From positions 2,880,001 to 2,944,000 of the forward strand of contig CBDFJQ010000002.1 in the NCBI GenBank assembly GCA_965248575.1: a DNA stretch of 64,000 nucleotides, given 5' to 3'. The translations under genes and the position numbers were made by a program. How positions within the stretch are numbered: the first letter of the stretch is position 1; every line of letters starts with the position of its first letter. Below, in pieces: positions 49,826 to 60,535 of this stretch. The stretch comes from Planctomycetota bacterium. GTDB lineage: Bacteria > Planctomycetota > B15-G4. The notes under the pieces are model-generated. The model had not been told where the DNA came from. It saw only the letters and a program-made list of their open reading frames with translations, and made no database searches.

Positions 49826-51238
49826 ATGGGTCCAGCACTCTCATGTGTCCTCTTGTTGGGCTGCCTGATTCCGGTGGCCCCAGCCCAGCTGCCCGGCGAT
49901 CCGTCGCTCAGCGTGTTCCCTGCGCGCACGCCGCCCGTGGTGGGCCAGCCCTTCGGCCCGCTTGAGTTGCCGACGCTCAACGGCAGCCAGACCCTCAGCC
50001 TGGAGCTCTATCGTGGGCGGAAGGTCCTGCTGATCGAGTTCGCGTCCTGGTGAGCGGGGTGCCGCCGCCACGTGCCGGTCTGGCACGAACTCACCAAGAC
50101 ATGGCGTGAAGAGGGCCGGCTTGCCCTGCTCGGGATCGCCCAGGAACAACACCCTGAACGCTGCGGGCTGTTCGCCGAATGGAAGGGCTTCGACTGGCCC
50201 ATTCTCTGGGACCCCTTCCACCTCACGGCCTCTCCTGCGGTGCCCAACGTCTTCGCCCTGGATGAGCAGGGCATCGTGCGTGCCATCAACCCCTCGCCTG
50301 AATGGGTACGCGACGAGTTCCTCGACCGGGAGTTCCCGGCACCCACAGGCGATTCCTCATCCCCGCCAGCCTGGCCCGTGCGTCCCGACGAAGGAGCACT
50401 GGGACGCCTGCTCTACGCCCCCGACGGGCCAAACCTCGCAGGCCATTTGGATCAGGCGATCGATGAGCTGAGGGAAGTCGCGCACGAGCACCCCGGAGAC
50501 GGCGCCGCGCAATTCCGGCTGGGCGTGGCGTATCGCATGCGCTTCGACAGCAGTCGCCGCCAGGCCACGGACTTCCAAGCCGCCTTGGACGCCTGGGGAG
50601 CTGCCCTCGCCACGGACCCCAACGTCTACATCTGGCGCCGGCGCATCCAGCAGTACGGCCCGCGCATGGACAAGCCCTACCCGTTCTACTCCTGGGTTGC
50701 AGAGGCGGCCGCGGAGCTGGAGTCACGGGGAGTCCCGGCCCGCCCGTGGACCCGCCAACTCAGTGCAGCCGAGCTGGCCCAACCGCGACGGGACTTCGAG
50801 CCCGGGACGGACCCGGGGCAGGCGCCGGACGAGCGCGGACAGATCCACCGTGCGGGCGACGAATTCGAGCTGGCGACGGCCGTGGCTTGGGATTCGTACG
50901 GACGAGCCCCCTTGGCTCGCGTCCACCTCAACCTCCGGCCACGCCCGGGGAGCGGCGCCCACTGGAACAACCAGGCCGGCCCCCTCCAGGTGTGGTTGGG
51001 CGACCCCGCCCTGCCCGCTGGCACCTCGGTGGAGCAACGCCTGCTGACCTATGGCGGAGTCCCCACCGATGTGGTCTCAGACGAATCGCGGCAGTTGGAG
51101 TTCGAGCTTCGGCTGCCCGAGGGAAGCTCCGAGCCCCTCCCATTAGTGGGCTACGCCCTCTTCAACAGCTGCTCGGATGTGGATGGCACGTGCGTGTATC
51201 GGCGACTCGACTTCGAGTTGGACCTGGACCCGCCGTAG
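49826..51238 (+). CDS. Exported TlpA-like thioredoxin-fold selenoprotein (Sec at codon 76, UxxC) with TPR-like middle and Cx6C C-terminal domain
   Basis: ORFs 49826-50053 and 50072-51238 are in one frame, separated only by TGA at 50051-50053. Read-through gives GRKVLLIEFASW-U-AGCRRHVP; SECIS-like hairpin follows. Confidence 0.8.
50071..50087 (+). promoter_or_regulatory. Bacterial SECIS-like hairpin
   Basis: CGTGCC-GGTCT-GGCACG, starting 18 nt after the TGA; apical GGUCU as in the E. coli fdhF SECIS. Confidence 0.65.
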
Positions 51239-51268
51239 CCCCGCCCTGGGTGCAGGTCGTCGCAGGTC

Positions 51269-52729
51269 TCACGCGAACAGCTTCGAGCTGCGCTCCGCGA
51301 ACTGCAGCTTGGCGTCCCGATAGAACTGCGCCCGCTGGGGGTCTGGCTGGATGACATCCGGGTGGCACGCAACGAAGGCTGCGGCCACGTCGTGGGCTGC
51401 GACCCGTTCGCCCTGTGCTCGGCGCCATGTCCACAGGGCACACACGGCAGCCCCCAGGGCGCCCGACTCAGCTTCGACGAGCCGCTCCACCGGGACGTCG
51501 ACGGCATCGGCCAGGATGCTGCACCAGAGGGTGTTCGAGGCGCCCCCGCCCACGACCCGCAGCTGTTCGACGGGAACCCCCAGGGCTCGCAGCCGATCGA
51601 CCCCCAGCGCGAGGTTGAGGCTCGTGCCCTCCAGCGCCGCGCGGAACAGGTGGCCCGGGCGCAGCAGGCCGGGCCGCATGCCGAGCAGGGCCCCCGTAGC
51701 GTGGGGGAGATCCGGAACCCGCTCCCCCATCAGGTAGGGCAGGAACAGCAGACCCTCGCAACCGGCAGCCACTTCGCGAGCCGCCTCGGTCAACTCCGAC
51801 AAGCTGAGCAGAGGGAAGGCCGCGTGCACTTCCTCTGTCACCCCGGTCAGGTTCATGACGCACAGCAAGGGCAACCAACCACCCGTGGAGGCACAGAAGG
51901 GTGCGACGAGCCCCTCGGGGTCGACCACAGGCTCGGGCGACCAGGCGAAGACCGTGCCCGACGTCCCAAGGCTCGCCACCGCGACCCCCGGCTCACTGGC
52001 CCCGCTACCCAGCGCGCTCATCATGTTGTCGCCACCGCCTCCCGCCACCGGTATGCCCGCGGGCAGCCCGAAGCGTCTGGCGGCCTCCTCGCTGAGCAGA
52101 CCTGCGGGCTCACCCGGGTCAAGCAGAGCCGGGAGATACTCAGCGAGGCGCCCGTCGATGGCCTCCATGGCGGCCTCGTCGAAGCGACGCCGTTGCACAT
52201 CGAAGAAGCCCGTGCCCGACGCGTCGCCCGCCTCCATCGACATGCGCCCGGTGAACACGAAGTTCAGGTAGTCGTGGGGCAGCAGGACGTGGCGCACGCG
52301 GGCCCACGCTTCGGGTTCGTTCCTGCGCAGCCAGAGGATCTTGCTGGCGGTGAATCCCGTGGGCACGGACCGCCCCAGAACAGCCGACAGCTCAACAGCT
52401 TCCGCTGCGGTCGACGTGTCGCACCACAACTTGGCTGGCCGGACCACCTCGCCTTGCCCATCCAGGACCACAAGCCCGTGCTGTTGGCCGGAGACTCCGA
52501 CGCCCTGGATGCTCTCGGGCCTGATGTGTGGCTCGGCCATGAGCTGCTCGATGACACGAGCAACGGCATCCAACCACGTGTGGGGATGTTGCTCCGCGGC
52601 ACCGTGGGGCAAGCCTTCGAGCAAGCCGTAGCTGTGGGCAGCCCGGGACACGACCCGGCCCGTTGAGGCGTCGATGACGACCCCCTTCGTCCCTTGGGTC
52701 CCCACGTCGAGCCCAAGGAAGAGGCTCAT
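51269..52729 (-). CDS. xylB: Xylulokinase
   Basis: [25 protein letters not shown]; adjacent to xylA. Confidence 0.9.
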   Translation of the reverse strand: MSLFLGLDVGTQGTKGVVIDASTGRVVSRAAHSYGLLEGLPHGAAEQHPHTWLDAVARVIEQLMAEPHIRPESIQGVGVSGQQHGLVVLDGQGEVVRPAKLWCDTSTAAEAVELSAVLGRSVPTGFTASKILWLRRNEPEAWARVRHVLLPHDYLNFVFTGRMSMEAGDASGTGFFDVQRRRFDEAAMEAIDGRLAEYLPALLDPGEPAGLLSEEAARRFGLPAGIPVAGGGGDNMMSALGSGASEPGVAVASLGTSGTVFAWSPEPVVDPEGLVAPFCASTGGWLPLLCVMNLTGVTEEVHAAFPLLSLSELTEAAREVAAGCEGLLFLPYLMGERVPDLPHATGALLGMRPGLLRPGHLFRAALEGTSLNLALGVDRLRALGVPVEQLRVVGGGASNTLWCSILADAVDVPVERLVEAESGALGAAVCALWTWRRAQGERVAAHDVAAAFVACHPDVIQPDPQRAQFYRDAKLQFAERSSKLFA

Positions 52730-53898
52730 CCGCGCGCACCCATCAGGTGCTCGATCATGAGTTGATCGAGACGCTCATAGCGCAATCCCCGGGCACCCAG
52801 GGCATCGGGGTCCAGGGTCAGCGCGCGCAGGGAGCTGCCCTTGGCTGTGGTGTAGTCGCTGAGCATCCCGTCCAAGGAGTCGTCCTGCTGTGCAGCGATG
52901 ATCTCCTGCACCTCGCTGTCGGCGTCAAAGGCAACCGCGCGTTCGACCAGCAGCTTGTAGGTCCGCATGCAGCCCCGTGCGAAATCCCAGACGCCGTCCA
53001 TGTCCTCGCTGCGATAGGCGTGCGCGTCGAAGTGCCGAGGGCCCTCATAGCGCTCGCCGCCCAAGGTGCCCTCCAGCAAGCGCACCAGGCAGAGGGCCTG
53101 CTTCAGGTCTTCGCTGCCGAAGCGCAGGTCCTGGTCATAACGACCAATCCGCTGCCCGTTGAGATCGATGTGGAACAGCTTGCCAGCCTCCATGGCCTGG
53201 GCGACGCCATGAACGAAGGAAAGGCCTGCCATGGTCTCGTGTGCCACCTCCGGGTTCACGCCGACCATCGCCTCGTGCTCCAGCGTGGAGATGAAGTGCA
53301 GCATGTGGCCGGTGGTGGGCAGGTAGTTGTCGCCCCGGGGCTCGTTCGGCTTGGCTTCGAGCGCAAAGCGCAGGTCGTAGCCCTGGTCCTTCACGTAGGC
53401 GCACAGGAAGTCGACGGCATCCCGCATGCGCTTCATGGCGTCCCTGGGGTCGCGGCAGGCGTCCGCCTCAGTGCCCTCACGCCCGCCCCAGAACACGTAG
53501 GTTGTGGCCCCCAACTCCACACCCAAATCGATGGCGTCCATGGTCTTGGCCAGGGCGAAGGCCCGCACCTTGGGGTCGTTCGCGGTGAAGGCCCCATCCT
53601 TGAAGACCGGGTGGCTGAACAAATTGGTGGTGGCCATCGGCACCACGAGGCCGCAGTCCGTCAGCGCCTGCTTGAAACTGGCCACGATCCGGTCCCGCTC
53701 CGCGGCAGAGGCCCCGAAGGGTACGAGGTCATTGTCGTGCAGGTTGACTCCCCAAGCACCGCAGGCGGCGAGCCCTCTCACCAGCTGCTCGGGGTTCTGG
53801 ACAGGGCGGACGGCCTCGCCGAAGGGATCGCGCCCTGGGTTCCCCACCGTCCAAAGGCCAAAACTGAAGCGGTCGGCGGCGGTCGGGGGTGAGGGCAT
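52726..53898 (-). CDS. xylA: Xylose isomerase (short, class I type)
   Basis: [41 protein letters not shown]. Confidence 0.95.
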   Translation of the reverse strand: MPSPPTAADRFSFGLWTVGNPGRDPFGEAVRPVQNPEQLVRGLAACGAWGVNLHDNDLVPFGASAAERDRIVASFKQALTDCGLVVPMATTNLFSHPVFKDGAFTANDPKVRAFALAKTMDAIDLGVELGATTYVFWGGREGTEADACRDPRDAMKRMRDAVDFLCAYVKDQGYDLRFALEAKPNEPRGDNYLPTTGHMLHFISTLEHEAMVGVNPEVAHETMAGLSFVHGVAQAMEAGKLFHIDLNGQRIGRYDQDLRFGSEDLKQALCLVRLLEGTLGGERYEGPRHFDAHAYRSEDMDGVWDFARGCMRTYKLLVERAVAFDADSEVQEIIAAQQDDSLDGMLSDYTTAKGSSLRALTLDPDALGARGLRYERLDQLMIEHLMGARG

Positions 53899-54303
53899 GG
53901 AGGACTCCTGCGATCGAACCTATTAAGGGGTGCTCGGGGAGAATCCCCAATGCGACGCCAGGAAGTGTCGCGGATCCTCGCCCGGGGATCACCGTTGCGT
54001 TGGGCGGGATCCATGGCAGGGCCACCTCGAGCAGACCCCTCTGGCGGCAGGAGGCCGAAGTGTGGGATAGGCTTCCGTGGCTCAGAGGCACTTGCCTCCC
54101 CCCCCCCGGGCCAGATCGCCCCTGCGTGAAGGCGCCTCCCCCAGGCCTGACCGATGGGCCCCACGACGACTCCTGAACAGCCCTCAACCACCCTGTGACG
54201 GACCCATGAAGGCACACCTATGGTTCCCGAAGGCGCCTAAAACGGTCCCAAAAACCTGCTTTCCCTGCCAAAACCGGAGCCCTCGAAGCTTCTCGATGCA
54301 TAC

Positions 54304-54331
54304 TTTACAGGTATTCACCCTCTGGTAGAGT
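54304..54331 (+). promoter_or_regulatory. Sigma70-like promoter for the 54484 gene
   Basis: TTTACA-16 nt-TAGAGT with TG extension, in an AT-richer patch. Confidence 0.45.
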
Positions 54332-54483
54332 GTCCCGGTCTTCATCCCGCTAGAGGGTAGCGCCCGAGTCCCAATGCTCGGTCTCTCCTCGCTCGCGTAG
54401 TTGGTCCCGATCTCGCCCGCTAGCTGGGTGACCTCGCATTCCTAATTGTTCATCTCCGTTCCCATCCCACTGATGGAAGTCCC

Positions 54484-56547
54484 ATGCGCATCCTGATCAG
54501 TCTTGCGGCACTGGCAACCATGGCGAGTCCCGCCATGGCCCAGCTCACCGACCTTCAGCCCGGCCGAAATTTCCCCACTGCAGGTGTTCAGTTCGGCTCC
54601 GGCCGTTCCGAGAACATCGACATCGGCGACATCGACAACGATGGTGACTTCGACGTGGGCGTGGCCAACGGCGGCGACGGTGCCGCACAGGGCAACGTCC
54701 TCTACCTGAACAACGGCAACCTGCAGGGTGGCACGGAAGGCACGTTCTCCAACGTGACCGCTGCTCGTTGGGCCGGTGTTCCAAACGACACCAGTCGCGA
54801 CCTCGAGTTCGCCGACTTTGACCAGGACTGCGACCTGGACGTCTACATCTCCAACCGTGGCTCCACCGTCAACAACGGTGAGGTCAGCCGCGCCTACATC
54901 AACCAGGGCGCCAAGCAGGGCGGCGGCGTGGGCGTCTTCTCCGAAGGCACCAACAACTTCTGGGGCAACCTCATCTCCGTGCCTCTCAACGAAGAGGTCG
55001 GTACGCAGGATGGTCAGGGCTCTTGGAAGGATTTCTCCTGTGACTGCGACTTCGCTGACATCGACAACGATGGCGACCTCGACCTGTTCCACAGCTCCTA
55101 CGGCCCGAACATCAACGGCACGCGCGACAGCCGCATCTTCCTGAACGACGGCGAAGGCCAGTTCAACGAGATGTGGCCGTGGATGCAGGCCGGTGGTGAC
55201 ATCCGGACTCACACCCTCGACATCGACCTCGCTGACTTCGATGGCGACTACGACCTCGACGTCTTCTGCTCGAGCCGTGACAGCCAGGCCCGCGTGTGGC
55301 GTAGCAACCTTGACGGCGATGCCAGCTTCCCGGCCAACGCCTTCACGGACATCACGCAGGCTGCTCTGCTCAACCAGGGTGCAACCCTGAGCGGCACGAG
55401 CAACTACGAGGCTGAGTTCGCGGACGTGGACGGTGATGGTGACTTCGACGTGTGGGCCAAGAACTACAACGGCTTCACGGACCGGATCCTCATCAACAAC
55501 GGCTCCATGGCCTTCACCCAGAACAACTCGCTCATCTCGGGTGACCCGAACGTGGACGAGAACGAAGTCGACTTCCTCGACTACGACGGTGATGGCGACC
55601 TCGACACCTTCCTGGCCAACTTCTCCGGTACGAACGCTGTGTACCAGAGTCGTCTGTCCGACGGTGGTGCCGGTGCGCTGTACACCCGTACGGGTACGGG
55701 CGGCGCAGCCAACGAGGTTCCTGCCTCCGGCAACGGTTCGACCACCCTGGACGGTGAAGCTGCCGACATGGATGGCGATGGCGACATGGATCTCCTGCTC
55801 GCCAACGACAACAACGCCGTGAACCGCCTGTGGGTCAACGCCCTCGGTGTTCCGGACAGCCATGCTCCGACCTTCGAGCGGTTCACCCAGCAGGGGAACA
55901 AGTCGAACGGCACGGACACGGTCATCTTTGCCCAGGTGCGCGACAACAACAACTACTACAACATCGACTACTACAAGGCGAACCTGTTCTACAGCGTCAA
56001 CGGTGGTGATGAAGCGTGTGTTTCGATGTTCGCTCAGCGTGGCCAGCAGTTCCGCGGTGTGATCCCGGGTGCCGTCAACGGCTCGGTTGCCTACCGGGTT
56101 GAGTGCACGGATGACGCCGGCAACACCGGTGTGTCCTCCACCGTGGTCTACGGCCAGTCCTCCACCAGCTCGTCGCTGTGGGAGAACCTGGGTTGCGGCA
56201 CCAAGGGCTTCAACGGTCGGACGCCTAACCTGCAGCTCGTCGGTACGCAGGCTGCTGGCTCCCCCGTCACGCTGAAGCTCAACGATGCCCGCAACAACAA
56301 GCTCGCGCTTGTGTGGCTCTCCTTGAGTTCTGCTCCGTTCAACGCGATTGGCGGCACCATCTACGCCTTCCCGTTCAACTCGCAGACGCTGATCGTCACG
56401 GATGATGCTGGCACGTTCTACGCCAGCACCACCTGGCCGGCGGGTCTCCCGATGGGCACGAACCACTACTGGCAGGCGCTGGTGGACGACGACGCGTCCA
56501 TCCACAACCTGACCATGTCCAACGCCGTGCACGGCGAGACGCCGTAG
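54484..56547 (+). CDS. Secreted FG-GAP/VCBS repeat protein (seven DxDxDGDxD-type repeats)
   Basis: Signal peptide; DIDNDGDFD, DFDQDCDLD, DIDNDGDLD, DFDGDYDLD, DVDGDGDFD, DYDGDGDLD, DMDGDGDMD. Confidence 0.9.
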   Translation: MRILISLAALATMASPAMAQLTDLQPGRNFPTAGVQFGSGRSENIDIGDIDNDGDFDVGVANGGDGAAQGNVLYLNNGNLQGGTEGTFSNVTAARWAGVPNDTSRDLEFADFDQDCDLDVYISNRGSTVNNGEVSRAYINQGAKQGGGVGVFSEGTNNFWGNLISVPLNEEVGTQDGQGSWKDFSCDCDFADIDNDGDLDLFHSSYGPNINGTRDSRIFLNDGEGQFNEMWPWMQAGGDIRTHTLDIDLADFDGDYDLDVFCSSRDSQARVWRSNLDGDASFPANAFTDITQAALLNQGATLSGTSNYEAEFADVDGDGDFDVWAKNYNGFTDRILINNGSMAFTQNNSLISGDPNVDENEVDFLDYDGDGDLDTFLANFSGTNAVYQSRLSDGGAGALYTRTGTGGAANEVPASGNGSTTLDGEAADMDGDGDMDLLLANDNNAVNRLWVNALGVPDSHAPTFERFTQQGNKSNGTDTVIFAQVRDNNNYYNIDYYKANLFYSVNGGDEACVSMFAQRGQQFRGVIPGAVNGSVAYRVECTDDAGNTGVSSTVVYGQSSTSSSLWENLGCGTKGFNGRTPNLQLVGTQAAGSPVTLKLNDARNNKLALVWLSLSSAPFNAIGGTIYAFPFNSQTLIVTDDAGTFYASTTWPAGLPMGTNHYWQALVDDDASIHNLTMSNAVHGETP

Positions 56548-56576
56548 TCAGCAGCATCGGCTGATGTCTGGCCGAG

Positions 56577-56612
56577 AGAGGCCCCCGGATCCTCAGGATC
56601 CGGGGGCCTCTT
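56577..56612 (+). terminator. Strong hairpin terminator
   Basis: Near-perfect inverted repeat AGAGGCCCCCGGATCCT-C-AGGATCCGGGGGCCTCT. Confidence 0.75.
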
Positions 56613-56754
56613 GCAATTCCGGCGAAACTCGACCCGATCGCGGCCTGCGGGTAGGGTTGCGGCCCTTCGCGGGCAATCCTCGGCCCCCGCACGCAGGGAG
56701 TTCCCGAGCCGTCGTTTGAACCATGAGTCTAGATTCGTGATCCAGGGGCCCTTC

Positions 56755-58350
56755 ATGCACGCACTCGCCCGCCGCAGCCAACTCGCTGCCGTCGCCCTGT
56801 CCCTTGCTTTGACCATGGGCTTGATCGTCGGGCCTGCCGCTTCAGTCACTCTCGCCTCGCCAGTTCCTGCGCTGATGCATGCCCGTGCCGACGAGGACGA
56901 GGACGCAGCGAGCAAGGCCGAAGACGAGGACACCAACTGGCTCGACAGCCTGAAGCGCAGCAAGAACAGCTTGATGCTGGATGCCGGTGAGCTCGCCTAC
57001 ACCACCACCGCTGGCACCCTGACCCTGGAGCGGGAGGACGGCACGGACCGCGCCGACATCTTCTTCGTGGCCTACACCAAGGACGGCGAAGACGACTCCA
57101 GCGGCCGCCCCATCACCTTTTGCTTCAACGGCGGCCCGGGCTCGTCTTCCGTGTGGCTGCACCTGGGCGCCTTTGGACCGCGTCGCGTGCGTCTGCCGAG
57201 CGATGCATCCATTCCGGCACCGCCGCCCTACGACATCCAGGACAACCCGCACACGCTGCTCGACCTGACGGATCTCGTCTTCATCGACCCTGTCACCACG
57301 GGCTACAGCCGCGCCGCCGAGGGAGAGGACCACAAGCAGTTCCACGGTGTCAGCGAAGACATCGCCTCGGTGGCCGATTTCATCCAGCTCTACACGACGC
57401 GTTTCCAACGTTGGAACAGCCCCAAGTTCCTCTCGGGCGAGAGCTACGGCACCACGCGTGCGGCTGGCCTGGCGGGCCGTCTGCAGGGGCGCCACGGCAT
57501 GTTCCTCAACGGCATCGTGCTCGTGTCATCCATCCTGGACTTCAGCACCGCACGCTTCGACGCGGGTAACGACCTGCCCTACCCCCTGTTCCTGCCGACC
57601 TACACGGCGACAGCCTGGTACCACGGGCGCCTGGCACCGGACCTCCAGGACTCCCAGCTCCGGGACGTCCTAGAGGAAGTGGAGAAGTTCGCGCTGAACG
57701 AATACACGCTCGCACTCGCCAAGGGTGCGCGCCTCTCGGAGACGGAGGCCGATGGCATCGCGGTTCGCCTCGCCCGCTATCTCGGCGTCAGCGAGCTGTA
57801 CATCAAGCAGACGAACCTGCGGCCCGTGATCCACGAGTTCGTGAAGGAGCTCACTCGTGACGAGCGGGAGACCGTCGGCCGTCTCGACTCTCGCTACCGG
57901 GGACGGGACCGGGATGCCTATGGCGGCACGAATGACTACGACCCGAGCTACGCAGCCATCCAAGGGCCGTTCACCGCCGCCATGAACCACTATGTTCGCA
58001 GCGAGCTGGGGTACGAAAACGACCTGCCCTACGAGATCCTCACCGGACGCGTGCATCCCTGGAACTACGGTCCTGAAGATGGCTACGTGAACACGGGCCG
58101 AACCTTGCGTTCCGCCATGACCCAGAACCCGCACCTGAAGGTGTTCGTCGCCAACGGCTACTACGACCTCGCGACGCCCTATTTCGCCACGGAATACACC
58201 TTCGACCACCTCGGGCTCGAGCCGGCACTGCAGGGAAATGTGTCCATGGCGTACTACGAGGCGGGGCACATGATGTACATCCACGAGCCCTCAGCCGAGG
58301 CGCTCAAGGCCGACATCGCACGCTTCTATGCAACTGCTCTCAAACGCTAG
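56755..58350 (+). CDS. S10 serine carboxypeptidase
   Basis: FNGGPGSSS, GESYG, GYYDLATP, AGHMMY. Confidence 0.9.
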   Translation: MHALARRSQLAAVALSLALTMGLIVGPAASVTLASPVPALMHARADEDEDAASKAEDEDTNWLDSLKRSKNSLMLDAGELAYTTTAGTLTLEREDGTDRADIFFVAYTKDGEDDSSGRPITFCFNGGPGSSSVWLHLGAFGPRRVRLPSDASIPAPPPYDIQDNPHTLLDLTDLVFIDPVTTGYSRAAEGEDHKQFHGVSEDIASVADFIQLYTTRFQRWNSPKFLSGESYGTTRAAGLAGRLQGRHGMFLNGIVLVSSILDFSTARFDAGNDLPYPLFLPTYTATAWYHGRLAPDLQDSQLRDVLEEVEKFALNEYTLALAKGARLSETEADGIAVRLARYLGVSELYIKQTNLRPVIHEFVKELTRDERETVGRLDSRYRGRDRDAYGGTNDYDPSYAAIQGPFTAAMNHYVRSELGYENDLPYEILTGRVHPWNYGPEDGYVNTGRTLRSAMTQNPHLKVFVANGYYDLATPYFATEYTFDHLGLEPALQGNVSMAYYEAGHMMYIHEPSAEALKADIARFYATALKR

Positions 58351-59758
58351 AGCCACCGCGATCCTGCGGACCTGCCTGCTCGTGGGGGTCGCCCTGCGAC
58401 TGGCACTCTTTGCGGTCAACCCGCCGACCAACGCGTTCGACGACCACTACCGCCCCATCACGCTCTACATGGAGTCGGGGCAGGTGCCAGCCAAGGACGC
58501 GTGTTGGGAGTGCTACCACCCGCCGGCCTTCTACGTGTCCTCAGCCTGGGTGGCCCAGGCGGCGCAGGCCGTTGGGGCCAGCCCGTTGCAGGTCCAAAAG
58601 GTCGCGCACTTCCTGCCCTGCCTCTATGGCCTGCTGACGCTCTTGGTGATGCGGGCGTTGTTGCTGCGCCTCGGCCTGCCCAACCTCGCCGTGTGCGTGG
58701 CCTTCGCCACCCTTTGCTTCCTGCCCCGCCACATCTACATGTCGGCCATTCATTCCAACGACACCATCGCGTACCTGGGTGTCAGCGCGAGCGCATGGCT
58801 CATCGTGCGTGCCCTCGATACCGGTTGCCGTGTGCGTGACATCGCGGCCCTGGCCCTCGTCATGGGACTGACGGTCATCACCAAGTACACCTCGATGGTC
58901 GTGCTGCCCATGGCTGCTGCATCCATGGGGGCCGCGTGGTGGCTGCGGGCCAGCTGCTCGCGCACGAGGGTCGCATGGAGCCTGGCGGCAGCATGCGCGC
59001 CCGCCCTGGTGGTCCTGGCGCTCTTCGCGGCGCCCAACGTTCGCGACTACGGCAAGGCCTTCCCCAGCAATCTGGAGCTCTTCCACCAGGACTACCTGGA
59101 TTCGGAACGCGGCGTGCGGGATGTGGACTTCCTCGGCCTGGAGCCCTGGGAGGCCATCGCCACGCCCATCCTCGCCCCCAACAACCGCGACTCCATGTGG
59201 ACCATCCTCTGGGCCCGGGCGTGGTTCGACATGGAGCCCCGCTTCCTCCAGTACACCGACCCCGCATCCGAGGAATGGTGGGACGCCTACCGCCGCTACC
59301 TGGGCGGGGCCGAGGACGACGCCTGGCCTGGTACTGCTGCCCTCAGCACCTGGACCCGCTTCATGGGTTCCTCGCTCATCGCGCTGGGGCTGGTTCCAGG
59401 GGTGCTGCTGCTGCTCGGTCTCGCACGCTGCGTCTTCGGCAAGTGGAGTCTCTTCCGCGAGGGAGTTCCAATCGAAACCGCGCGGCTGCAGATGATGCCG
59501 GTGCTCGTGGCCGGCGTCATGGCTGGCATCGTGCTCACCACCTGGAAGTTCCCCTACACCTTCGCCTTGAAGACCGTCTACATCCTCAACGGGCTGCCAG
59601 CCTTCATCGTGCTCGTCGGCCTCGGGGCCGCGCTCGTGAGCACGCGGCCCTCCCACTGGGCCAGGCGCACGGTGGTCGTCAGCACGGCCTTGCTGTGCGC
59701 GTTCTGTACGGTGCACATCGTGCACATCGTGGTCACCATGTCGGAAACTGGGTCATGA
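58328..59758 (+). CDS. ArnT/PMT-like (GT-C) membrane glycosyltransferase
   Basis: Multi-TM; DDH, YHPPAFY, SND, TKYT. Confidence 0.7.
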   Translation: MQLLSNARATAILRTCLLVGVALRLALFAVNPPTNAFDDHYRPITLYMESGQVPAKDACWECYHPPAFYVSSAWVAQAAQAVGASPLQVQKVAHFLPCLYGLLTLLVMRALLLRLGLPNLAVCVAFATLCFLPRHIYMSAIHSNDTIAYLGVSASAWLIVRALDTGCRVRDIAALALVMGLTVITKYTSMVVLPMAAASMGAAWWLRASCSRTRVAWSLAAACAPALVVLALFAAPNVRDYGKAFPSNLELFHQDYLDSERGVRDVDFLGLEPWEAIATPILAPNNRDSMWTILWARAWFDMEPRFLQYTDPASEEWWDAYRRYLGGAEDDAWPGTAALSTWTRFMGSSLIALGLVPGVLLLLGLARCVFGKWSLFREGVPIETARLQMMPVLVAGVMAGIVLTTWKFPYTFALKTVYILNGLPAFIVLVGLGAALVSTRPSHWARRTVVVSTALLCAFCTVHIVHIVVTMSETGS

Positions 59759-60507
59759 GCCGCCGCAGCTTCCCTCTTCGGAAGGCATGGCCGCACCCGG
59801 CACACTGGCTGGCGATAGGCCTGCTCGCGCTCTCCGCCTGCGGCACCACCCACGAGGGAGCTACCCAGCAGCCCCACGAGTTCGACGATCAAGGCATCCA
59901 TGTCATCACCCATGGCGCTGGAAACTGCTCTGCCTGCCTGATGTACCGCAACGTAGCCGGCTATGTGGTGCGACTCGAAACGGTCAGCGGTCTCGAGGCG
60001 GGCGTGGCCCTCACGTCCGACGGGATCATCGCCACCAACGCCCATGTGGTGTCGCGTGCGACCTCGGTGGAAGTGCTGTCGTTCGAGGGAGATGCCTGGG
60101 TGGGAACGGTAGTCACAGCAGATCCCATCCAGGACCTGGCCCTCGTGGCGCTGCCGGAAACTGGCAGAACGTGGGCGCCGCCCGCCCTGCACGATGGACC
60201 GCCTCCGCCGCTGGGCACGGAGATCTACGTCATCGGCCGACCCGTTGGCCTGGGCTGGTGCGTCACCCGCGGCACGATCACCGGTGTGCGCCGCATCGAC
60301 GGCGTCAGCATGATCGAAACGGACGCGGTGCTGCTTCCGGGCAACTCTGGCGGAGCCATGGTGGATGCGAGCGGACGCCTGATCGGCATCGTCTCCTCCA
60401 AGACCCACCGAACGGAAGGCAGCAGCGGGAACACGACGCTCGCACGGCCTACCGCGAGCCTGCGGGCCTTCCTGGAAGCGTACACCGCGGGGATGAGCCC
60501 TCGCTGA
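59755..60507 (+). CDS. Trypsin-like (S1C) serine protease lipoprotein, no PDZ domain
   Basis: Lipobox LSAC; TNAHVV, QDLA, PGNSGG. Confidence 0.85.
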   Translation: MSRRSFPLRKAWPHPAHWLAIGLLALSACGTTHEGATQQPHEFDDQGIHVITHGAGNCSACLMYRNVAGYVVRLETVSGLEAGVALTSDGIIATNAHVVSRATSVEVLSFEGDAWVGTVVTADPIQDLALVALPETGRTWAPPALHDGPPPPLGTEIYVIGRPVGLGWCVTRGTITGVRRIDGVSMIETDAVLLPGNSGGAMVDASGRLIGIVSSKTHRTEGSSGNTTLARPTASLRAFLEAYTAGMSPR

Positions 60508-60535
60508 AACCGCCGAGCTCTTCCCCCACAGGCTG

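Noticed and set aside
50051..50053. TGA interpreted as genome-wide recoding or a simple nonsense mutation
   Set aside because: TGA terminates many intact genes in this window, and its position at the catalytic Cys plus the SECIS-like hairpin favour Sec. Nonsense is not fully excluded without the sel genes.
54442..56532. Long antisense ORFs (e.g. 54442-56532, 20917-22728, 19225-20667, 45414-47027, 62086-63723)
   Set aside because: Shadow frames of well-supported genes, expected from high-GC codon bias.
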